Assembly: GCA_000934665.2 (NCBI GenBank)
Contig: KZ537969.1
Location: forward strand, 186,001 to 250,000
Direction: 5' to 3'
Origin: Catajapyx aquilonaris
Taxonomy: Eukaryota
DNA length: 64,000 bases
In this document: positions 50,301 to 60,635 of the stretch, piece after piece
How positions within the stretch are numbered: position 1 is the stretch's first letter
How the letters are laid out: each line of letters opens with the position of its first letter
Translations under genes and position numbers: made by a program
The notes under the pieces: generated by a model
What the model saw: only the letters and a program-made list of their open reading frames with translations
Databases searched by the model: none
What the model was told of the DNA's origin: nothing

Positions 50301-52526
50301 GGACCTATGTTTTTATGGCTACAATCGGGGCTACAAATGCGCAATATTGGCTTACAAAAATGGAATGTCATATGTGGAAGACACGCGTGAGATGTGTGCA
50401 TGCAACGTGGTCTTTTCTTAGTACGAGGATGAGCCACCATCGGAATGGGAAAAAGTGGGGCCGAGTAGGCGGCTGGTGAGGCGACTCCTCCCAGCCAACA
50501 ACGTCAAGGAGGCCGGTTTCAGGTCTGTCAGGACAACCCATGTGGGAGTCGAGAGGGTGGCAATAGGGAAAAAGTGGGGGAAGGAGAAGCTCAGAGGGTG
50601 CGACTAACGTTCAAAAAGCTGCTAGTGAAAAATTGGTGGCCCTGTTTACTAAGATCAACAAGTCACATATCTTCCTATACACTCTCTAAATTGTTGAGAA
50701 ATTATCTAGAAAAAAAAATGTGGCCAAAAACCTTATTCAAAATCGCAAATTATTTATTTGCACATTAAGGCAAATCGTGAACTGCCACTAAAATTAATAT
50801 CAAATTAATATCAAAAATTAGTCATTTATCTCCTTCTGAAATAATTATTTCCAGCTTTATTTGCCTACACCTTCACATACCCAGAGCAGTGCATCTAGCC
50901 TACTACTTCTCGGTTGAAATAATTTTGAGTGATTTTTCAGTCAAATGAATGAAAATCAGATGAAAATTTTAATATTCAATATTTCACTAAAATTGGCTTC
51001 AAATAGCTGTCAGCTGTGAGAATATTTTCGCTCAAAATCGGAGCTGTTTCAAATGGTGGAGTGAAAACTATTCAAACTAAATTATTAGAGAGTATGCAAA
51101 TGAGGCGTTGACTTTCTTTGAGGCAATGGCGACAGTTACGCCACTGAAGCAACTTGTTCTCCTTTTTTAAAGCATAGTTTTTTTTTGTAAAAAAATCTGT
51201 GGAGGGATATATTATGACAGTGCATGATCCTTAAAGTGCACGGGTCTGCCTTAATGCGTAGAAAGCGATTTTTATTGGCTCGTAAAACTAATTGATTCCA
51301 TTTACTGGGCTGAACGAAGGGAGGAACGGTAATAAGTGCGTTTTGCTATGCGATATTAATCATCCTGAATACGCAAAGAATTAATTGGGGGGACGATTAA
51401 TTAAAAAGTTCGGCAATTAATCAATCGGGACGATCAGGCGGAACCAAGTTTCCGAAACAAGAACAAGTGGTGTAAGTGGCTGCGGTATGGTGTAATTAAA
51501 TAATTATGGAACAAGTTGAAAATGTACGTGAGCAAAATATGTACAAGTAAGGTTTTTTTGTGCGTTTAAAATAGTTACCTATTGTTATAGCTTCAATAAT
51601 AAAATTATTGCACTAATTTCATGCCAATTTGAGTAAATGCGGAATATACTTTAAATACTTTCGGTCGAATTTTCGTTCCACTGCTATAGTTACTGCTATT
51701 AAACTTAGCAGTACCTAGCAGTCGGACGCAAAATTGACCATTTGTATTTAAAATGGAAATGGTAGTATTTAAAATGTAGAGACAGCAAAAGAGCAGATAA
51801 TTATTTTTCGAGACAGACAAATAGGCCATTGTTAAAGGTTATTGCAAAAATATTTGAATGAACAGCACAATATTGGTAGGCCTACATAAGTTCAAAATGG
51901 TACAAACGGTTTTGCATGTTACAGTCACACGTAACTCACAACAATCCTTGGTTGATTAAAAGATGAGTATGCACACTCAAATTAATTCCTACCTTGACTC
52001 ACTTTCGACTCCCTATATTTATCCAACCGTCAAAATTATCCGCCTTAAAAACAACCAATTAGTCACCACATCCTTATCACATCCGACATGAGGGCCACCA
52101 CACTCTCGCATAATTTCGAGAGGAAAAAAAAAATGCAAAAAAAAAAAATGAATCTACCTGTCGAGCATGTCCAACCCCTTCAGACACCATGGAGCAGACC
52201 AACCACCTTGTAGGCCAGTCGGCCATCAACTGCAAGGTCCCACATACATGCATCCCACTACCCGCCTGCTTACCCGCCCCTCCGTCTCCAAAACCACGCA
52301 CACCATCCACAGCCTCCCTATTTGCCCCCAAACGTCACTCGCCCTAGCCCATATGGGTGATTGATCTATTTTTTGGTCCCTCAAATCTAGGTCCCATTAC
52401 CCACGAAGACTAATGTACAGGTCAGTAAGTCCTATAAATTATCCGCAAGACCAAAAACCTGTTTCTTATAAACACACTGCAATGCAAAACGCCTATCCGC
52501 AAATTGCGCGGGGAATACCCGTTACA

Positions 52527-52596
52527 GTGACGTCACCGCCGCCATTTTGCACTTGTTTTCAAAATGGCGGCGCGCCGCCATTTTGAAAACAAGTGC
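52527..52596. promoter_or_regulatory. Promoter-like element: CRE + three YY1-type sites, including a perfect 48-bp palindrome (52549-52596)
   Basis: gtgacgtcac, gccgccatttt, then gcacttgttttcaaaatggcggcg|cgccgccattttgaaaacaagtgc. Confidence 0.6.
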
Positions 52597-53893
52597 CTGT
52601 TTGTCCAGGGCGAGTCATCAGCGCAATTTATGTGAGGGCAATTAATGGCAATGTGAGTAAACACTACGCTGTTGTACACAAACCAAAATCCTTGAAGGAG
52701 GGCTTGGAGAGGGCTTAGAAAACTTCCCACCTCATCTTTATTCATAACTTGGAGCCAACTTCACCTTCGGTTCTCTTTTTAATTCGAGACAACGAACGCG
52801 TCTAAACCCACTCTCTTCCCTTTAGGCCCCGCATAGTGGGGGGATTATTCTCGTGACACTTTTATCGTCGCCATCGTTTGAGTTAGAGAGACCCTCCGCC
52901 AAAGACAACCTGTTCGATCGCCGCCATCTTCAAAAAACACCCTTTTTATTTGTCCATTGCCTAGGTGTCCCCTCTTGTTTTTTTTGTGTTCCCAAAAAAA
53001 GGGCGACTCTATTCTGCAGGTGTCGGAGGGAAATGAATTGTCCAGCGTTAATGATGAACCCATGTTAGAAGTGGAGGCGGAATGGGGGATAAATTCAGGT
53101 GGAAAAGAAGTGCCCACCCATGCCGCACTATGAGATGAAAACAGTTTTCGAAACACTAGAGATTTTCTGCAAGGTCGACCGGAATTGCGAAAAGGATAGG
53201 TTAGCAAGGAATTTTTTTCGCGGGTGCGTGACGAAATATTTTAGGCACGCGGAATTATACTCTTAGTCACCGCACGCCTGTTTCGGCGGAGAAGAGTCGG
53301 TGCGTGGGACGGACATATCGAGAGATACGATCTGTATTGTGGATATTTATGATCGTTGGAACTGCGCAGGAATAAATACGACGAGCTGGCAACGCAATTC
53401 CTGGAGGACATAAATGCAATTAATTCTTAGTGGTCAGCTAATGATAATAGTGCTGGTTGGGCTACCCGTGTTCTAAATATATGAATTGCGATTGAATTAT
53501 TGGAACAACAGTTTAAACCGCTTTTGCAACTTTGTATGATTATTTTTAAATAATGCCGCCTAATATTAACAGCTAATTCTTTGTATAAACCGCCAACATA
53601 ACAGCTATTAATATGGCAACTCACTGCGTATGAGTATGACGAACATGGTAGCCATTCAGATTGTTACTTACGGACATGTTTATTCAGGTTAATGTTGAAC
53701 CGCGCTTAATATCATTATTTAGTAAGTTAAACACGGCCAAACCGGCTTGAAAATCAGCTGTAGCTAATATAACCAGCTGCTTCTGCCGACAGAAGAAGCT
53801 GCTTGGCTTCATTCGGCCCTCCGTCTTTCAAAAATGGCGGCGCTCACGTGCCAGTGAAGAGCATGTCTTTTTTAATGCGAAATCCTCCGAATT

Positions 53894-54484
53894 ATGACAA
53901 GTTATTACGACGAGGTGGAGATAGAGGACTTTGAGTACGACGAGGAAGAGTCCACATACTACTACCCGTGTCCCTGCGGCGACAGGTTTCAAATCACCAA
54001 GGTTTGTGGCTTGTTGGGCACTAGGCCTGGTGCAATGATTGCAAATATTATGGCTGATATATATTTTTCTTTCTTCAAATCTATAGGCTGAGCTGGAGTC
54101 TGGAGAGGAAGTGGCGGCGTGCCCCAGCTGCTCACTAATTATCAAAGTCATTTATGATCCTGTAAGTACACTACTGGGAAGAAGCAAACAGCGGGTGTGC
54201 AATGATGATGTAAATTGCGCCAGACAGCATTTGAGTGGACCACTGCCTGCGTCCAAATGTAGCTCACTTGACTGGTTGACGACAAGATTACACTGAGCAT
54301 ACTTTACCGAAGAGAAGCTTGTTGGCTCATAGACTTGTGAAACATACGGTTATGCTAGTTTCTTGAAGAGTTGCGATTGACTTGTTGGTGATTTGCCTGC
54401 ATTCCTTTCCAGGAGGATTTCCTACCCAGTGAGGAAGAAGTAATCCCGGCTCCTGCTAAGAAACAGCTTGAGAAAGCGTCCTAA
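53894..54484 (+). CDS. DPH3: Diphthamide biosynthesis protein 3 (DPH3/Kti11, CSL zinc finger), 84 aa; exons 53894-54001, 54087-54161, 54413-54484
   Basis: [63 protein letters not shown]...KAS*. CPCG and CPSCSL motifs. Canonical phase-0 introns. Confidence 0.95.
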
Positions 54485-54500
54485 CTGGAGTGCTTGAAAG

Positions 54501-55184
54501 ATGGCCGGACGGGGAGGACGTGGGGGTGGCCGCGGCCGTGGTCGTGGCGGGATGTCCTTCAACTTGGACCAGCTGGGCCTCTCCAAAGGCGAAGCTTTGC
54601 CAGGTCCTGTTCTTGCACCGCCACCATTGTACCCACCATTACTGAACAAGCCGTTAGTGTTTAAAGCAACTAGTGAGACAGACTACCTCCTGATGGTGCG
54701 CAAGGAATTTCTGGATTACATGCAAGAGTCCACATTCTATGTGAAGCCTAATCCAGTCAAGGGCGAGATAGAGCGCTACTCTGATCGCTACCAGACTGAA
54801 ATTTCTAGTCCATCGGCTCTGGATGTTGATTGGTCAAGGTTTCCAGAGGGTCTGAGGCCAAATAGGGGCAAGAAGAGGAGTCGAGTGAGCAGCGGGAAAC
54901 AAAGCACCAGGAAGAAGAAAAAAGTGGAGGTCAACATGAACCGACTGGAGGATCTAGAACAGCAAGAAGGAAAAGAGATTGACGAGGACAAAGATCAGGA
55001 GGAAGAAAAGGAGGAGGGTGAAAAGGAAGGCGAAGGGGAAGAAAAAGACGAAGAAGAGGAAGAGGAGGAAGATCCCGACAAAGAAATGGATGAAGAGACG
55101 GACTACATGAACTCTCACTTTGACAATGGAGAGGACTACCTGGAAGAAGATGAGGACAATGTAGATGAAGGAGCCATCTATTGA
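54501..55184 (+). CDS. POLR3G: RNA polymerase III subunit RPC7/RPC32 (POLR3G/POLR3GL-like), 227 aa, intronless
   Basis: MAGRGGRGG..MSFNLDQLGLSKGEALPGPVLAPPPLYPPL, IERYSDRYQ, DWSRFPEGL, and an acidic tail ending ETDYMNSHFDNGEDY...DEGAIY, all hallmarks of Rpc31/RPC7. Confidence 0.95.
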   Translation: MAGRGGRGGGRGRGRGGMSFNLDQLGLSKGEALPGPVLAPPPLYPPLLNKPLVFKATSETDYLLMVRKEFLDYMQESTFYVKPNPVKGEIERYSDRYQTEISSPSALDVDWSRFPEGLRPNRGKKRSRVSSGKQSTRKKKKVEVNMNRLEDLEQQEGKEIDEDKDQEEEKEEGEKEGEGEEKDEEEEEEEDPDKEMDEETDYMNSHFDNGEDYLEEDEDNVDEGAIY

Positions 55185-56007
55185 TCTTTTGTCTGTAATT
55201 CGAGATGTGTGATGTCTGCAGCATTGGAACACATTTGTGAAGTATCGGCACATATTGATGCATGTAACATAATCATGAACTTACTACACTGCGGTAATTG
55301 TGACATAAACAGTGTACAAGAAATATATATATATTTCTTACACTTCAGAATTTAGCTCGTATCCATGTTGCTACGAATTTTTTCAGATGCTCATTTCCAT
55401 TCGTTTCTATCATCTCGTTTGTAAGTACATTTACACTAGGATTTAGCCAGTCACAGAGAGTGGTGTGTAGGTATCTTATGAATTGCAAAATCACTGAATT
55501 AACTACAGGTAGTTATGTAGCTTTAGTACTGCAGATTACCAAATATGAACTTAGATGAAGGTGACTGACAAATGTTATCCACTTAACATGGATTGCGCCA
55601 AGTAATTTTTATTTCACATGATTATCACACTACACTTGAACTGTGTGTACATATCTTGATGAAACTGATATGATTGGAGTTTGTCACGTTGACAGGATTA
55701 CTAGAAAGCCAGTAGTCGGAAGACATTTAAATGTTGAACATAGTAATAAGTACAGCATTAACACCGGATCTCTAGCTTGTTGATAACAAAACGCAGTAAG
55801 TCCTAATAACGTGTATATCTTACACCTAAGATCAAGTTTTTCTCCTCCAACCTGGCATCAACATTTCATACTGAAATATCATGCTTTAAACTTCCAAGTT
55901 TCAATTACCATCATTCCCTGTTTCGCAATGGGCTGTGTAGGTATACATTTTTAGACCTAATGAGCTAATAAAAACTGCGCTTCAGGTTCACTTGACTGAC
56001 AAGCAAA

Positions 56008-57979
56008 ATGAAGACCTCAGCGTACTTCATCTTGGGCTTGATGTCACTTGCATGTGTCCTTCAGTCTGCGGCATCAGCACGCATCTTGGTCCTGTACATG
56101 TTTTCTGGGAAGAGTCACAAGATCTTTGCGACAACCATCGCTCAAGCATTGGCAGAGAAGGGACATGAAATTGTGTTTGTGTCCCCTTACCGAGAGAAGA
56201 AAGAGGTTCCTGGCATAAAGCAAGTGATAGTGGACGGAGGCATACACAAATTGAGAGAAAAACTGCCCAATATGTTTGAGCTTCGCAGTCAATCTCTTTT
56301 ACGCATGATCCCTTTCCCATCAATATTGGACACAGTTCGGTCCATCAGTGCACCAGTCTTCGAAAACCCAGAGATCAAGGCTTTGACAGCCAAACCAAAC
56401 CAATTTGATTTGATCCTGTGCAATGGATTTTTTAATGAAATAGCCTATGGGCTGATACATAAAATTAATGCCCCAGTCATTTTCTTACAACCGAATGTTC
56501 CGACCATCTGGCAGTCAGAGTCTTTCGGCAGTCTTGAACCTCTCTCATATGTCCCCAACATATTTTTGAAGCTAACCAGCAAGATGAACTTCTTTGAACG
56601 GATTCTCAATGTAGGATACACTGGCCTATCGAAGGCGATTAGGGAATTATATTACCTCCCCCGTATTCACGCCGAGATCAGCAAATACTACCAAGATATT
56701 CCAAGCCTTTTGGAGGTGGAGAGGAATGCAAGTCTTATGCTCACAAATGGCCATTATATTCTCAACTCTGCACGTCCTCATATTCCAGCTATTGTCGACG
56801 TAGCAGGAATTCACTGCAAGCCTTCTAAACCTTTGCCAAAGGTAAAGTGGATGTAGCTTAAACATGAAATTAATTAAGCATTGTCATGTGTCATTCCGAT
56901 CATACTAATTAACGCTTCTCTTACAGTCAGAGCAGAAATATTCTTACGTGAACTTCAATAGTGCAAATAACAAATAGACTTGGATAAGCAAAATACAATT
57001 TAATTAGGCCTACTTGCGAATATAATTTGTGAATTAATAGACACCTAGTAAGAGGCTAATACGTACAGTAATTTATTCCTTTATTATTGCGTGCAGGACT
57101 TGGCCGATTTTGTGGACAGTTCGGGAGATCATGGTTTCATCTTATTCAGTTTGGGGTCCTCAGTTCAAGGGAGCACCATGCCCGATAAACTCCGCAAGGC
57201 TTTCCTTGAAGTCTTTTCAAAGCTGCCTCAAAAAGTGATTTGGAAATGGGAAACTGAGCAAATGGAAGACTTGCCACCTAATGTGAAATTGAGCAAATGG
57301 GTTCCGCAACAAGATGTGTTGGGTGAGCAACATCTCATTTTGAAATCATGGTGGGTTCACTCATTACATAAAATATTGTACTGTACTTTCTCAGGTCATC
57401 CGAAATGTCGGGCGTTCATATCCCACGGAGGCCTTCTTAGCACCCAGGAGGCTACCTACCACAGGGTGCCGGTGATTGGGATTCCATTCTATGGTGATCA
57501 GGATGCTAATTTGATGAACATTGAAAATTTTGGGTATGGAATTAAGCTGGAACTAGGCGAGCTGTCGAAGGAGACCATTGCAGGTGCCCTCGACAAAATA
57601 CTGAGTGACAAAAGGTGTGCTAAAATGAATCTCCCTACTTTTTGCAATGAATGGTTGCTCATTTTGGTTTAAAAAATAATACAGATACAGAGAGAGAGTG
57701 ACGGAGGCATCGAAAGTATTTCGTGATCAACAGACAACACCTAAAGAGAGGGCGGTGTTCTGGATTGAGTATGTGATGCGCCACAAGGGAGCTCAACATC
57801 TGCGGCCTGGTTCAATGGACTTGAACTGGTTCCAAAATAACCTGTTGGATGTGTCTTTACTTTTTGCTGCTGCCGTAGCCACAGTACTTTACTTGTCCTT
57901 TACATGCGTGTGTTTCATATGCACAAAATTGTGTGGTGCAAAGCGTGGACCTAATCAGAAAAAACACAAGGTCCACTAA
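56008..57979 (+). CDS. UDP-glucuronosyl/glycosyltransferase (animal UGT, GT1), about 524 aa; exons 56008-56841, 57097-57322, 57395-57614, 57685-57979
   Basis: Signal peptide, ARILV..SGKSH catalytic His region, UGT signature [44 protein letters not shown], C-terminal TM helix and KKHKVH ER-retention tail (1575 nt). Confidence 0.95.
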
Positions 57980-58444
57980 GATATTATACGCGTATAATAA
58001 ATTACATAAATTACAATGTGAAGTGCAGGGTATTTTTCAAAAATTTCCTCATTTAATCACATTGATTGTACAATAATTTCACAATGAATTTTATGAAGTT
58101 ATCGTGTTGAGATTTTCATTTTAAGTGTATTGAAAGTACATGCAGGATGTTTCTTACTAGTGGAACATCGGGCAGAAATGACACTCAAAACAAGTCACTG
58201 GATAAAATGAACACATTTTAATTTTCCACATAGCCATTGTGAACACAAATTGTTCTTAGAACTAACAGGTTCCCAAGCATGATCCCAAGTTACATGAATG
58301 TGAACTACATACTCGTACTATAACGAGCATAAAATGACTAGCTAATAATGTGACTAGAGTTATCTCATTTTTTTAAAGCAGAAAGTGACCTCCCTGTACC
58401 TTCATTGCAAGACTGACAGTGAGACAACATATCAAGAGTTGCAT

Positions 58445-59997
58445 TCAAAGTTTCGGGGTCCCTTCAGTCCAGATGACTTTTACATCGGTACAACGACGTA
58501 TGACGTCCTGGATGGCATATTCCGTGATGTCGAGACAGTTATGCAAATTTAATTGGGTCAGATTAGGACAGTTGTCAGAAATGGCCATTAGAGATCTATC
58601 ATCCAGGTTCTCACACTCAACCAGCTCAAGACTCTCTAGATTACCAACCACTTCCCGCATGGAGAAGAAGGCAGGCAATATATCTGCCTCCATTCCAAAC
58701 ACATAGCTCAGGCTAAGGTTGCGCAGATGGCGAAGGCTGCCAAGTGACTCAAGAAAATCCCTCTCGGAAATGCCGATTAAATCCGATACAGACAAGTCCT
58801 GCAACACTTCAAATTTATGCAGGTGTTCATGCAAAGGATGGAGTATGCCATCAACATTGTAATTGTCTATTTCCCCAATACTCAGTTTTACCACTTGGCC
58901 TCCAACGCTATCGGCAATGACTCGAAATTCGTGGTTCAAGCAACCTGTATCCGATAGCCTGTGGTACAGGTTCACCTCTGTGAGTTTAGGCCATTCTCGA
59001 ATTATGTTAAAATGAGGAGGAAGGCTGCTGCCACGGGTCCTCTCAATGGTCAGCTTCTCCAGCTGGGGGCTCAAGGCAAATACATCCAGAAAGTTCGTAG
59101 AACCATCTGGCACCATCACAGCTTTTAGCTTGAGATCCTTGAGCAACTTGCACCTGTTGGGATGTAATCAATCAGCGTCTATTATGGCAACCGAGTATCC
59201 AACACTTACATTTGTGCCACCTCAAACAACCCAGCCATTGAATTGAAAGTGACAGCCTTCAATTCAAGCACCTCGAGCTCAGGTAGAGCGTAAGCAATGG
59301 TGGTCACCACATCGTCAGCCCCTTTGTCTCTCCAGTGCACCATGCTAACAGTCTTCAGCCGGGTCATCCATCCCAGCAGCTCTATCGCCTTCTCCGCAGT
59401 CATGCACCAACCCCGCAGTTGAACTTCCTTCCAGAGGTTAACATCGCGTGATAGCTCATACCATTCCTTGCATACCAGAGCAGCCCTCATTGTCAACTCA
59501 CACTTTGGCAAGAATGAGAACACCAACAACTTCAGATGACGATGCAAGTTGCTGAAAGACTTGGGCGTCGGCACCTGCAGAGGAAGAGGAATGATATTAT
59601 GTTAGTGGCAATATAATTGCAGCTTCGGCCAACAAAGTACCTCTTGTTGCCCATTTTGGACAGCTATTCCCTGGTGGCTTATCCTCTTCTGCCCCTGACG
59701 ACACCCTGCTGCGGTGTCACAACTCCCTGAACCCATGCCGGATGCCCACATAAACTGGAAGGTAGTACCTGGCTTCCATTCCCCTAAAGCATACTCGTTT
59801 GCAGCAGAGTTCAAGGAGGCCATGAGCTCATTGCGCATTTTCCACTTCAGCCTCATCGCCTGCACCTTCCTTCCTCCACGTTTCCTCCTCTTCTTTCTCC
59901 TTCCTTGATTACCGGGCCCTGCGGCGTCCCTCACCTCCTCTTCAGGTGCCTCTTCAGGCATGTTGTCGACAACCACTGCAGAATCAGAGGACATCAT
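58445..59997 (-). CDS. F-box/LRR-repeat protein (FBXL-type), about 476 aa; exons 59997-59641, 59574-59210, 59153-58445
   Basis: F-box LHRHLKLLVFSFLPKCELTMRAALVCKEWYELSRDVNLW, cysteine-containing LRRs (LESLELVECENLDDRSL, CPNLTQLNLHNCLDITEYAI) and N-terminal basic RRKKRRKRGGRK. Phase-consistent (1431 nt). Confidence 0.85.
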
Positions 59998-60244
59998 TCT
60001 CTTGTTCTAACGAAGCCAGATTCGAAATTTCGGATTCAAACCGTCCACAGCGGTTGAAAGCAAGTCTGGCAATGTTGCCGCGCCGAATGCTCCACACGGC
60101 AACACTGCCTAAATGATTAACAATATGTTTAACAAATCGGCATATTATTTTATTCACATTTTTTAAAAATTTGATAAATAGCAGTTGCATAAATGTTGAT
60201 GAATATTAAATCGGGTCGAATAATAAGTGAGGTAATATGGTAGG

Positions 60245-60400
60245 ATTCTGATTGGCTGCATGGAGTTAGATTGGTCTCAGCAGCCAATAGGAAATTGGGT
60301 GTGCCGCCATCTTGCAGCTCGTAGCATCCAACACCAATTTACACTATCAATCCGACAATAACCAATCACACGGCTTTCCCGCATCAGACGCATGCGCACT
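60245..60400. promoter_or_regulatory. Bidirectional promoter between the F-box gene and DELE1
   Basis: Several CCAAT boxes in both orientations (about 60250, 60269, 60282, 60360), YY1-type gccgccatctt (60303) and NRF1-like cgcatgcgca (60389). The divergent ATGs are about 640 nt apart. Confidence 0.65.
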
Positions 60401-60635
60401 TTCTTCCCACATGTTCTGTGCACAGGGAGTAGGCAGGAATTGCATAATTAATTTCGCGTTTTTATTGCGGTCACACGCTTTTCTCCTCTGGTTTAAAAAA
60501 ATATAGTGTCCGTCAACCGGTGTATTTTTAAGTAGATAACAAGTGTTGTAGGTGCGACGGGGACAGAGACGATGGGAGGAGAGACAACCCGCTAAGGTGG
60601 AGGACAGCACCTGGCCAAACATATAACAGCAAAGG

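Noticed and set aside
54482..54500. Stop-codon readthrough or frameshift fusing DPH3 to POLR3G
   Set aside because: The ORFs are in different frames and an in-frame TGA at 54495-54497 precedes the POLR3G ATG.
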